The translations under genes and the position numbers were made by a program. From assembly GCA_963747945.1 (NCBI GenBank), contig CAVVHB010000018.1, positions 224,868-288,867 on the forward strand: a DNA stretch of 64,000 bases. The letters are read 5' to 3'. The notes under the pieces are model-generated. The model worked only from the letters and a program-made list of their open reading frames with translations, was not told where the DNA came from and searched no databases. Below are positions 27,271 through 40,181 of this stretch, one piece after another. Every line of letters begins with the position of its first letter. Positions within the stretch are counted from its first letter, which is position 1. This stretch comes from Bryobacterales bacterium (GTDB lineage: Bacteria; Acidobacteriota; Terriglobia; Bryobacterales; Bryobacteraceae).

Positions 27271-28649
27271 AGCGTGTATTCCAGGACCCGGGCTACCGCC
27301 AGCTCAAGGAGCATCTGATCGAGTCCACCGGCTTGGCCTTCTACGCGGACCGGGATGAACCGCTGGCCGCGTTGGTTCAGGAGAGACTTGCCGTTCTGGG
27401 ACTGCGCAATTGCGCTTCCTATGCTGAGTTCCTGGCCTGCGGCGAGACGGGCTGCGCGGAAATGGACGTTCTTATCGCCAGACTCACGATCGGGGAAACT
27501 TACTTCTTCCGCGACGAAGAGCAATTCGCGGCGATTCGCGACGTTGTTCTTCCGGACATCCTGGCGCGCAAGCGCTGCTCGAAGCAGTTGCTTATCTGGA
27601 GCGCCGGTTGCGCCACCGGGGCAGAACCTTACTCTCTCGCCATCTTGCTGGCGCGGGAACTGGGCGATCGGATTCGCGGCTGGCGGATCAACATTCATGC
27701 CACCGACCTAAACCGCGGTTTTCTGGCGCAGGCAGCCGAAGGCAAATTCCGTGCGGGGGCCTTGCGCTCCACTTCCGACGCGGTGAAGCGCGAATGCTTC
27801 ATACAAGAAGGACTCACTTGGACCGTTCACCCGCGCTACAAACAGTGGATTTCGTTTCATCAGATGAACCTGATGAATAGCGAATTCGCGACTTCGTTTC
27901 CCGCCGGCACCGATTTCGATCTTATCCTGTGCCGCAACGTGATGATTTACTTCTCGCGCGAGGCGAATGGCCGCTTGATCGGACAATTTCACCAGGCCCT
28001 TGGGGATGGGGGGTGGCTGGTGGTAGGAGCGGCCGAGACCAACATGGACAACCTCAAACTCTTCCGCGGCGTGAATGCCACCGGGGCCCGGTTGTTTCAA
28101 AAAATGCCGTTTCCCAGCGGCCCGTTGGAAGCGGACTCGGAGGTGGCTCCTGAACCCGGATGGACGGGCCCACCGGCCGCACCAGCGCCATCCGCGGGGC
28201 ACTCGCCGGCAGGCCCGCGACCGCGGATAGTTCCAGCCGATCTGAATGGTCTGCGCCAGCTGGCCGATCATGGCGACTGGCAAGGTGCAGCCGAGTATGG
28301 AAAACAATTGTTGTCCGAGCACGGATTGAATGCCGAGGTCCATTTCTATCACGCGCTGATTTACGAAAAGCTTGGAATCGCTAACGAGCCGGAGTTATCT
28401 TTGCGGCACGCTATCTACCTCGATCGGAATTTTGCGCTGGCGCACTACCACCTCGGTCTGGCTTTGAAGCGGGACGGGAACGAACGCGCGGCGGAGCGGA
28501 GCTTCGGCAATGTCGTGAAGGTCCTGGCTGGATTGCCGGATTTGGCGATCGTCACGGCTGGACCAGGGGTAACGGTCACTGGGCTGAAGGAACTCGCAAA
28601 AATGCATCTGGGAATTTCGAGCGGAGTAGGAATTTCGAGCGGAGTATGA
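27267..28649 (+). CDS. cheR: CheR-type MCP methyltransferase with C-terminal TPR domain (WspC-like)
   Basis: CheR N and SAM domains are present (TIGETYFFRDEEQF, IWSAGCATGAEPYSLA, ILCRNVMIYF). The C-terminal TPRs include AEVHFYHALIYEKLG...ALAHYHLGLALKRDG. Confidence 0.9.
   Translation: MKRVFQDPGYRQLKEHLIESTGLAFYADRDEPLAALVQERLAVLGLRNCASYAEFLACGETGCAEMDVLIARLTIGETYFFRDEEQFAAIRDVVLPDILARKRCSKQLLIWSAGCATGAEPYSLAILLARELGDRIRGWRINIHATDLNRGFLAQAAEGKFRAGALRSTSDAVKRECFIQEGLTWTVHPRYKQWISFHQMNLMNSEFATSFPAGTDFDLILCRNVMIYFSREANGRLIGQFHQALGDGGWLVVGAAETNMDNLKLFRGVNATGARLFQKMPFPSGPLEADSEVAPEPGWTGPPAAPAPSAGHSPAGPRPRIVPADLNGLRQLADHGDWQGAAEYGKQLLSEHGLNAEVHFYHALIYEKLGIANEPELSLRHAIYLDRNFALAHYHLGLALKRDGNERAAERSFGNVVKVLAGLPDLAIVTAGPGVTVTGLKELAKMHLGISSGVGISSGV
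28611..28646 (+). repeat. perfect 18-bp tandem duplication at the cheR stop / cheW start junction
   Basis: ggaatttcgagcggagta occurs at 28611-28628 and again at 28629-28646. It encodes GISSGV twice. The last A of copy 2 is the A of the downstream ATG. Confidence 0.9.
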
Positions 28650-29155
28650 GAGAGGCCAAGGCAGTGGAGGCGGTGTGGCGCGAGCGAGCCCTGCGGCTCT
28701 CCGAACGCCCCGTTTCCGCCGGACCCGCGCAAAACGCCTTTCCGGTGCTGGTGTTGGGGATCGGAAAGGAGCGCTACTGCATCCACCTTCCAAACGTTGT
28801 CGAGGTTTTGCCGCTTCTCGCCCCCACGCCGGTTCCCGGCGCGCCCGCGGTGTTTGCGGGAGTCATCAATGTGCATGGCGAGATCCGGCCGGTGATCGAT
28901 TTGAAGCGCTTTCTGGGTATGGAGGGGGTTCCCAGTGGCGATCGGCCGCGAGTGATCCTGCTGTGCAAAGAGGGACGCCAGATGGGCCTGCAGATCGACA
29001 GCGTGGAGCAAATCCGCTGGATCGATTCGAGGGACCTGCAAATCGACGGAAATTTGGGCCGATCCCGGTATATCAAGGGATCCAACCAAGACCTTCTCAT
29101 GCTTTTGAATACTGAAGCGCTGTTTGCTGAGCTACAGATTGGAGACGCACCTTGA
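28646..29155 (+). CDS. cheW: CheW-like coupling protein (WspD-like position)
   Basis: 169 aa with a CheW pattern (VLVLGIGKERYCIHLPNVVEVLP...FAGVINVHGEIRPVIDLKRFLG). It has an ATGA overlap with cheR and a TTGA overlap with the MCP gene. Confidence 0.85.
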   Translation: MREAKAVEAVWRERALRLSERPVSAGPAQNAFPVLVLGIGKERYCIHLPNVVEVLPLLAPTPVPGAPAVFAGVINVHGEIRPVIDLKRFLGMEGVPSGDRPRVILLCKEGRQMGLQIDSVEQIRWIDSRDLQIDGNLGRSRYIKGSNQDLLMLLNTEALFAELQIGDAP

Positions 29156-30765
29156 GACTGAGCGTTGGAAAGAGGATTCTTTTCGGCTACGGCATGGCGA
29201 TGCTGTTCATCGCCTTAACCGGAATGGTAGGGTACCGGAGCACATTAAAGCTGCTCGAAGCCAATTACTGGGTGCGCCACACCTACCTGGTGATCGCCGA
29301 GGCCAAGGACATCCGTGCGCTTCTGCTCCAGTTCCAAAACTCACGCCGGGGATACATCATCACCGGCGATACCAGTTACCTGGAATCGAGCCCTGGCCTG
29401 ATAGCACGCCTGGCCGACAGCCAGAAGTCAATTCGAGCGCTTACCGTCGACAATCCCCGTCAACAGAGCAGGCTTGCGGTTCTCGCCCCCCTAATTGACC
29501 GCAGGCTGGCCGATATGACGCGAATCTCGAACATTCGCGAAGAAAAAGGCTTGGCGGCTTCCGTCGTGGCGGGGCGCAACGCCAATAGCGACAGCGAAGC
29601 ACACACCGCCCAGATCGTGAATTTGCTTTCGGAGGTGGAAAACGAAGAACGAAGTCTCCTGGAGGGCCGGGAACAAAGGGCCCAGCTGGATGCTCAGAGC
29701 GGCAATCGGATCATCTTATTCGGAAGTCTGCTGGGCTTTGCCTTGGCGGCCCTGGTGGGGTTTGGCACGCACCGCTCCATCATCCGGCCTTTAAGCGAGT
29801 TCCAGCAGTTCGTAACTGCCGTCGGAGAGGGAGATTTGACTCAGAAATCGGCCCGGGAAGGCAGTGACGAGCTCGGAAAACTCGCTCAGGGTCTGAACCA
29901 GTTGGTGGCCCGGCTGCGGAGCACCACTACCCAGACGCGCGCCACCACCGAGGATCTCAACTCCGCGGCGGTGGAAATTCTGGCTTCCGCGCGGGAACAG
30001 TCCGCCGTCACCGGGCAACAAGTGGCCGCTTACCAGGAAACCAACGCCACCATGCAGCAGGTAAGCCAGTCGTGCCTCCAGATGGCCGAAAAAGCCAAGG
30101 AGGTTACCGCCACCGCGGAGGCCGTCTCCATCGCCAGTATCTCCGGCCTGGATGCAGTGCAGAAAGCCAACCAGAGCGTGGAAGCGATTCACGAGCAAGC
30201 CGAGGCGGTGGCCCAGAACATCGTGTCGTTGAGCGAGAAGACGCAAATGGTGGGCGACATTCTCGCGACCGTGAACGACATCGCGGAACAATCGCACCTG
30301 CTGGCCTTGAACGCCGCCATTGAAGCCGCCGCGGCCGGGGAACACGGCCGGAGCTTTGCCATCGTGGCTAGCGAAATCAAGAATCTGGCCGATCAGTCGA
30401 AGTCCGCCACCGTCCAGGTGAAGACCATCCTCGGAGACATCCAGAAAGAGATCAACACGTCGGTGATGCTCACCGAGGAAGCTGTCAAGCGAGTAGACGT
30501 GGGTAAGCAGCAGGCGGATATGGCGGCGTCGGCGATTCGCAATATGGCCGCCAACATCGGCCAGAGCGTGCAGGCCTTTCAGCAGATCGTGGCGGGGAGC
30601 AATCAGCAGTTGATCGGTTTTGAAAACGTCATGCAGGCCATGAAAGATCTCAGCCGCGGCAGCGAGCAGGCCACCAGCACCACCCGGCAGACCGAAAAGG
30701 CTGCGGCCAATCTCACCGAACTGGGGGCACAGCTGCGCACCGCGACCGAGGGGTACCGGCTTTGA
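29152..30765 (+). CDS. methyl-accepting chemotaxis protein with periplasmic CHASE3-like sensor and HAMP (WspA-like role)
   Basis: TTG start. The layout is TM1, a CHASE3-like region (WVRHTYLVIAEAKDIRALLLQFQNSRRGYIITGD), TM2 and HAMP. The MCP hairpin signature is EQSHLLALNAAIEAAAAGEHGRSFAIVASEIKNLADQS. Confidence 0.9.
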   Translation: MRLSVGKRILFGYGMAMLFIALTGMVGYRSTLKLLEANYWVRHTYLVIAEAKDIRALLLQFQNSRRGYIITGDTSYLESSPGLIARLADSQKSIRALTVDNPRQQSRLAVLAPLIDRRLADMTRISNIREEKGLAASVVAGRNANSDSEAHTAQIVNLLSEVENEERSLLEGREQRAQLDAQSGNRIILFGSLLGFALAALVGFGTHRSIIRPLSEFQQFVTAVGEGDLTQKSAREGSDELGKLAQGLNQLVARLRSTTTQTRATTEDLNSAAVEILASAREQSAVTGQQVAAYQETNATMQQVSQSCLQMAEKAKEVTATAEAVSIASISGLDAVQKANQSVEAIHEQAEAVAQNIVSLSEKTQMVGDILATVNDIAEQSHLLALNAAIEAAAAGEHGRSFAIVASEIKNLADQSKSATVQVKTILGDIQKEINTSVMLTEEAVKRVDVGKQQADMAASAIRNMAANIGQSVQAFQQIVAGSNQQLIGFENVMQAMKDLSRGSEQATSTTRQTEKAAANLTELGAQLRTATEGYRL

Positions 30766-32970
30766 CCGACATTCGCCAAAAGCTGGCAGCGATTTTTCAG
30801 GGCGAGCACGCCGAGCACCTGGAACATATCCGCTCCATCCTGGCGTTGCTCGAAAATGCCTCCGGCCAAAACGACTCCAAAAAGACGGGCGGGGTTGAGC
30901 TCGACGAGGCGTTCCGCCGCGCTCACAGCTTGAAAGGCGCGGCTCGGGCGGTGGATCTGCACCCCGTGGAGGGGCTGGCCTCCGGGCTCGAGACGGTGTT
31001 TTCGCAGGTGCGCGAAGGGACCTTGGCTCTAGACCAGAGGGCCACGCGCGTGATCCATCAGGTGCTGGATGCCAGCGAGGATTGCGTGAGGGCGTTTCGA
31101 GAAAGCCGCATTCCCGAGGAACCGGCAGCGGCGTTGCGGGCCATCGAGGAGCTGCTCGGTATCCGGAAGGAAGGGGTGGTGGATCCGCCAATCAAGGCGG
31201 CTGGCCCGGTACCCACCTTGGCGGCGGCCCTGCAGCCGGTTGAGATGGTGCGGCTGCCGGCCGAGAATCTGGACCGGCTGGTGCGGTCGACGGGCCAGAT
31301 CCTCAGTGAGAGTCTGCGGCAGTCGAGTGTCAGCGGAGAACTGGATGTCCTGGATCATCAGATCGCCGAAATGGCAGCGGAATGCGTCCGGTTTCGCAAG
31401 ACCGCGACCGCGCCTCTGTGGCGCTTGGCGAGCCAGCCGGAGTATTCCGCGGTGATCCGGCATATCGGACTGGTGGAACAAAAGGTACGCTCCCTGGCTG
31501 TCCAGTCCAGGACCTCTCGTCTCCTGCAACAACGCAGCGCCTGGAACACGCGTCGTTCGGCGGACCAACTCCAGCGGGACGTCTGGAGCGCCCGCATGGC
31601 CCCGGCGGACGATTTATTCGAGGGCTTTCGAAAGATGGTGCGGGACTTGGCGCGGGAAGAGAACAAGGAAATCGACTTCCGCCTGAGCGGGTCCGGTGTC
31701 CGGGCGGACCGCATCGTGCTCCAGGCGCTGAAGGATCCTGTCATGCACCTGTTGCGCAACGCCATCAGTCATGGCATTGAGGCGCCCGCCGAGCGCGCCA
31801 GCAGGGGAAAATCACCGGTGGCTTCGCTGACACTGCGTCTGGACTCCCAGCGAGGGCGCCTGATCGTCGAAGTAGAAGACGATGGCCGGGGAGTAGACCT
31901 GAAGCAGGTGGACAAGGTGCTTTCCCAAGATCGAACCTGGGTCTCACTCGACCGAAGAGCTGGGACGAGCCATCTTTCGCCCGGGGTTCTCGACGTCGCC
32001 CACCGTCAATCGCTTGTCGGGGCGCGGCATGGGACTCTCGGTGGTCTATGAAACCGTGCATCGCCTCCAGGGAGATGTGAATCTGAGGCCCAAGGAGAGC
32101 CCCGGCGCTTCCTTTCTGTTGTCGGTGCCGTTGTCGGTATCCACCAGCCATTTGCTGCTGCTTTCGGCGGCGGGACAGACCTTTGGAATCCCCACGCACG
32201 GAATTGAACGGCTGTACCGGGTGGGACTGGAACAGGTGGAGACGCAGGAAGGAAAACCGGTGGTGAATCTTGAAGGGCAAGTGGTCCCCTTGTACGGACT
32301 GGCGCATCTGTTGAAAATCGGGGACGCCACCCAGGCGTTGCCGGGAGGGATGCTGCCGGTGATGCTGCTGAAATCGGGGGCCAGGCGTTTCGCGCTGTGG
32401 GTGGATGAGTTCCTGATGGAGCGAGACGCTCTGATTCAGGACCTGGGAATGCCATGCCCCGCCACCGGCAATATTTCCGGAGGCGCGCTGTTGCGGGAAG
32501 GGACGGTGTTCGTGGTTTTGAACCCGGCTGGTCTGGCGGCGAGTTGCACGCCGGCGGCAGCCTCGGCGATGCCGCAGATCAGGGTTCAGGCTCCGGTTCC
32601 AGCCAGCGCGCCCGGCATTCTGGTGGTGGACGATTCCATCACGTCCCGTTCGCTCGAGAGAAGCATCCTGGAGGCGCATGGCTACCGCGTTCGAGTGGCA
32701 GTGGACGGCCTGGAAGCTCTGGAGTTGCTGCGCGTCGAAAGGGCCGACCTGATCATCACCGATATTCAGATGCCGCGCATGGACGGCTTCGGACTGGTGG
32801 AGGCGCTGAAGGCGGACCCCGGGCTGAAGGGGATTCCAGTGATCATCGTCAGCTCGCTCGAGCAGGCCGAGGATCAGGAGCGGGGTCTGCTGCTCGGGGC
32901 GGACGCTTATGTGGTGAAGCGGAAGTTCGATCAAACGGAGTTGCTGGACGCGATCCGGCAAATGATTTGA
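30762..32970 (+). pseudogene. cheA: CheA-CheW-REC hybrid histidine kinase (WspE-like), interrupted by one +1 frameshift as assembled
   Basis: Motifs present:
- HPt: HSLKGAARAV
- N-box: HLLRNAISHGIE
- G1: DDGRGVD, in frame 0 (ORF 30762..32051)
- G2 (GRGMGLSVV), the CheW domain and REC (ILVVDDSITSR...IITDIQMPRMDG), which continue in frame 1 (ORF 32014..32970)

The frame-1 reading ...KIEPGSHSTEELGRAIFRPGFSTSPTV is open from about 31906. The junction is at the CCC run near 31924-31935. Confidence 0.85.
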
Positions 32971-32986
32971 ATTTGAAAAAGAGGAT

Positions 32987-34066
32987 ATGAAAAAGATCCG
33001 GGTCATGATCGTCGAGGATTCGGCGGTGGTGAGCGCGCTGCTCGAATACAGCATCGGGCGCGACCCCAGGCTGGAGGTCTGCGCGACGGCCGCCAGCGCC
33101 GAGGATGCGCTGGGGATGCTCAACCGTATCTCGCCGGATGTCATTGCGATGGACATCCGGCTGCCCGGCATGGATGGGCTGGAAGCTACCCGGCGGATCA
33201 TGTCCAAAAAGCCGGTCCCCATTGTAGTGGTCGCGTCCTCGGTCGAGTCGGGAAAGTGGAATACCATTCCCATGGAGGCGCTGCGGGCGGGCGCCTTGAC
33301 GGTGCTGGAAAAGCCCGCCGGAACCAGCAACGCCGAGTACCAGGCGCTGGCCGAACGCTTGTGCACGCAGTTGGCGATCATGAGCCAGGTCAAGCTGGTT
33401 CGGCGCAACGGCCATGGCAAGCCGGATGGCGCGACGGGCCGTGTTCCGCGGTCTTGGGGCGCCCGGGCGGGCACGTTTCAGATGCTGGGAATCGTCTGTT
33501 CCACGGGCGGCCCAGGCGCGCTGGTACAGCTGCTGGGTGCGCTGGGACCGGCTTTTCCTTTGCCGATCCTGCTGGTGCAGCACATGACCGGCCAGCTTTC
33601 TGGAGGGGTTCGCTTCCTGGCTGGAAGACGTTTGTCCGTTTCCGGTCACCATAGTGAATGACGGTTGCGATTCCCGTTCCCGGGGTGTTGCACATCGCTC
33701 CGGCCGACCGGCACCTGCGGCTGGAGGCTGGGCGGCTGCGGCTGGATACCGGAAATCCGATATCGTTTCAGCGTCCCTCGGGGACGGTGCTGTTTCAATC
33801 CATGGCGCAAGCTCTGGGCGCCGATGCGCTGGGCGTGTTATTAACCGGCATGGGCGAGGATGGTGCCGCGGGGTTGCTGGACATCATGCGGTCCGGCGGA
33901 TACACCATCGCCGAGGATGAATCCACCGCGGCTGTCTACGGAATGCCGGCGGCGGCGGTGCGGCTGGGCGCCGTTTGCGAGTCCTTGCCGTTGCCGGCTA
34001 TCGCTCCCAGAGTTTTGGAACTGGTACAGGCCAAGCCAGAGCTTCACCGGGCACGAGGTTCACTGA
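32987..34066 (+). pseudogene. cheB: CheB methylesterase (REC plus CheB_methylest; WspF-like), at least 2 frameshifts as assembled
   Basis: REC (IRVMIVEDSAVV...VIAMDIRLPGMDG) and the catalytic Ser motif CSTGGPGAL plus LLVQHM are in frame 2. ASFLEGFASWLEDVCPFPVTIVNDG is in frame 0 (about 33591-33667). AIPVPGVLHIAPADRHL...LLTGMGEDGAAG...AEDESTAAVYGMP is in frame 1. The 3' end is uncertain. A TGATG stop/start junction lies at 34064-34068, with the TGA in frame 2. Confidence 0.8.
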
Positions 34067-35777
34067 TGGAACGCGCTTTCCGCATCGTGGTGGTAGAGGA
34101 CTCGGAGACGCAAGCCTTCAAGCTGCGGATGCTGCTGGAGGAGCAAGGCTGGGAGATCTCCATCGCCGGCGCGGCGGAGACGGCGCTGGCGGCATTGGGA
34201 GACCCTCTTCCCGACCTGATTTTAGTGCGACTACAACCTGCCCGGAATGCGCGGAGACGAATTCTGCCGGCGCATTCGAATGAACTTGAACACGCGGGGC
34301 ATACCGATTCTGATGATGACCGCTTCGGCCCCGGATACGGCGGAGATACAAAGCCTGGAAAGCGGCGCGGACGGTTACGTTTCCAAGTCCGAGAGTCCTG
34401 AAATCCTGCTTGTGCGCATCCGCGCGCTGTTGCGCAAAGCGCCGGCGCAAGGCAGCCATTCTGAATCCCCAGGATTCCGCCTTCCGCAGCGCCCGCATAT
34501 TGACCATTGACGACAGCCCCACTTACCTCGCGTTCCTCAGCGACGAACTGCGGAATCAAGGTTATGAGGTGGAGAGCGCGGCCAGCGGAGCGGAGGGGCT
34601 CGGCGCGGCTGGCGGACGAGAAATTCGATTGCGTTCTGGTGGATCTGCTGATGCCCGAGATGGACGGCATCGAAGTGTGCCGGCGGATCACCGCCATGCT
34701 TCAGAGCCTGAACAGCGCGCGGCCGTCATCATACTCACCGGCAGCGAGAACAAGGGGGAACTGAATCGCGGCCTGCGAAGCCGGCGCCGACGACTTCGTC
34801 AGCAAGTCCAGCGACCTGGCGGTTTTGCGGGCCCGTATCCAGGCGCTGATGCGCCGCGAGTTCTTTCAGGACGAGAACGGCCGCATCGTTGAGGAGCTCA
34901 AGGCCAGGGAATTGGAGACTCGCACGGCCCGCGCCGGGCGCGAGATTGCCGAGACCGCGCGTCGCGATGGCCGAAAAGCTGGTCCAGGCCAATCACGATC
35001 TGCAAGAGGCCAACCGGAAGCTGAAGGAAACCCAGGCCCAATTGATCCAGAACGAAAAGATGGCTTCGCTGGGGCAACTGGTGGCTGGAATCGCGCACGA
35101 GATCAACAATCCCCTGGCCTTCGTGTTGAACAACCTGTTTATCGTGGAAAGCGGCCTGGATAGGCTGGGCCCGGAGATGGAGCCGCACCTCTCGGAGCCT
35201 TCGCTGCTAGAAACTGCGGAAAGCCCGGGCCCGCCTGGGCGAGATGCAGGAAGGCCTGGACCGGGTGAAGGAACTGGTGCTGGATCTGCGGACGTTTTCC
35301 CGGCATGGATGAAGGAGAGTTCAAGACCGTGGACGTGGTGGAGACCATCGACGCGGTGCTGCTGCTGTTGAAGCACAAGATGAACGGGCGCATCCTGGTG
35401 GAAAAACATTATGTCCCGGAGCGCACGCTGTATTGTTCCGCGGGGCGGCTGCACCAGGTGTTGATGAACCTGATTGCCAATGCCGTGGACGCCATTGCGG
35501 GAGAGGGAAAGATCGTCATCACCACCAGCCAGACCGCCGAGGTTTTCCTGATCTCGGTTCGCGACACCGGGGCGGGCATCCCCGAAGCAATCCGAAGCAA
35601 GATCTTCGACCCGTTCTTTACCACCAAGCCGGTCGGCCAGGGAACCGGTCTCGGCCTCGCCATCTCTTACGGAATCGTCCAGGACCACGGCGGCTCCATC
35701 GAGGTTCAAAGCGAAGAAGGCGTGGGTACGGAGTTTATCGTCAAGATCCCGCTCGATCTGGAATTGCGAAGGGAAAA

Positions 35778-35781
<4 letters not shown>
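34066..35781 (+). pseudogene. REC-REC-HisKA-HATPase hybrid histidine kinase, about 8 frameshifts as assembled
   Basis: A coherent protein can be stitched across six ORF-track fragments plus one short frame-0 piece (about 35211-35310). The fragments are 33658..34401, 34247..34510, 34410..34892, 34507..34764, 34825..35163, 34889..35371 and 35305..35781.

Motifs recovered:
- REC1: RIVVVEDSE...DLILV|DYNLPGMRGDEF
- REC2: ILTIDDSPT...VLVDLLMPEMDG...EAGADDFVSK
- H-box: [12 protein letters not shown]
- N: [11 protein letters not shown]
- G1: VRDTGAGIP
- G2: [13 protein letters not shown]. Confidence 0.8.
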
Positions 35782-38960
<3,179 letters not shown>

Positions 38961-39101
38961 CGTGGCTCGGCCGCGCTTTTTCCGCGCGCTCCAAAGGCAG
39001 CTCGATCAGCACCTCAACCATCGCCGCCCGGTGCCGATAAGCACTCCAGATTCGCAGACCTTGGTGGCGAAGTCCGCGATCCCGTTCGGAGCATTGGCAA
39101 C

Positions 39102-40115
39102 ATGATTTCTCTGAGAACCTATCTCCTAGGCGACGCCGGTAAAGAGAGCGTAGAAACCTCCTACCGCCGTATGCTCGACCTGTTTCTCCAGGGCATCTCG
39201 TTGCACGCCGTGGAAGGCGATCAGGCCGACTATCAGCGCTTTCGCTCCGACATGGACCGCTTCGCCGGGCGGCTGGCGCCCGAAGCCTCCGTAACAGAGC
39301 GGTTCGTGGTAGTTGGCGAAGTGCTGCGAGCGCTGGAGGATTACAATCGGCACACCAGCAAATTCCTGCGGATTCAAAATACCGAACTCCAGAACATGGT
39401 CTCCATGCTCACCCAGACCGTCATCGCGGTGGGCACCAGCAGCGAGGCGTCCGTCACCGGACTACAACAGATCGAGAAGGCGCTGGAACGGACGCGCATG
39501 GTGGAAGACATTCACTCGGTAAAGGCGCAGCTCGGAGAGTGCCTCAAGAGCGTTCGGGGAGAATCTCTGCGCCAGAAGGCCGCCGGGAAAGCCGCTCTCG
39601 ATAGGATCCAGCAGGAGTTGGCTCAATCGACGCAGCGCATCGGTGGTCTGTCGTTGGGTCCCAGAACAGATCCTGCAACGGGCCTTCCCGGCAAGCCGGA
39701 AGCCTGCCAGGCGCTCGAGCAGGCCATGGCGTCGCCCGATCCCGCGTTTGTCTTAATCGCCGTCATCAACCGGCTGGAAGTGGTCATCGCGCGCTTTGGC
39801 AGCGCCATCGGCGATCAAGGGCTGGCCGTGGCCGCCCAGCACTTCCGAACCGCGTTGCACGCCGGGGACAGACTCTATCGCTGGGACGGGCCCGTACTTA
39901 TAGCGGTCCTGAACCGCGCCGCAGCCATCGATTCGGTCCGCGAAGAAGTCGGCCGCTTCGCCGGCAAGAAGCTCGAGAAGTCGTTCGCCATCGGCTCCCG
40001 CTCCGTCTCACTGCCGATTTCCGCTAGTTGGGCAATATTTCCCATAGCTCCTCCCTTGGACGCTCTCCTGCGGAAGGTCGAGGTCTTCATCGCCGCGCAG
40101 ACATCGCCTGAGTAG
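39102..40115 (+). CDS. coiled-coil protein with a degenerate (probably inactive) GGDEF domain
   Basis: 337 aa. The C-terminal half follows the GGDEF fold order (DPATGLPGKPEA...VLIAVINRLEVVIARFGSAIGDQGL...). The signature R-x-GGDEF is replaced by RWDGPVLI. Confidence 0.65.
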   Translation: MISLRTYLLGDAGKESVETSYRRMLDLFLQGISLHAVEGDQADYQRFRSDMDRFAGRLAPEASVTERFVVVGEVLRALEDYNRHTSKFLRIQNTELQNMVSMLTQTVIAVGTSSEASVTGLQQIEKALERTRMVEDIHSVKAQLGECLKSVRGESLRQKAAGKAALDRIQQELAQSTQRIGGLSLGPRTDPATGLPGKPEACQALEQAMASPDPAFVLIAVINRLEVVIARFGSAIGDQGLAVAAQHFRTALHAGDRLYRWDGPVLIAVLNRAAAIDSVREEVGRFAGKKLEKSFAIGSRSVSLPISASWAIFPIAPPLDALLRKVEVFIAAQTSPE

Positions 40116-40181
40116 GCTTTTTCCCAGCGCGGAGCGGCATATTACGGGTCATACTGGCTGGTTTTCTACCGAGAAGAGGTT

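Noticed and set aside
27214-28646. Short tandem repeats as a possible CRISPR or minisatellite
   Set aside because: There are only 2-3 copies of 15-18 bp with no spacers, and they are in frame within coding sequence. They are slippage duplications, not CRISPR.
29791-33474. Two long antisense ORFs (29791..31191 and 31765..33474, - strand)
   Set aside because: They are antisense to the MCP, cheA and cheB genes, whose signature motifs are unambiguous. Their Pro/Arg/Gly-rich composition is an artefact of GC-rich coding sequence.
33658-34401. Continuous ORF that would fuse the CheB C-terminus to a receiver domain
   Set aside because: The apparent fusion sits inside the frameshift cluster. A TGATG stop/start junction at 34064-34068 (TGA in the neighbouring frame) and the ATG-initiated receiver (MERAFRIVVVED) argue for two separate genes whose boundary is masked by an indel.
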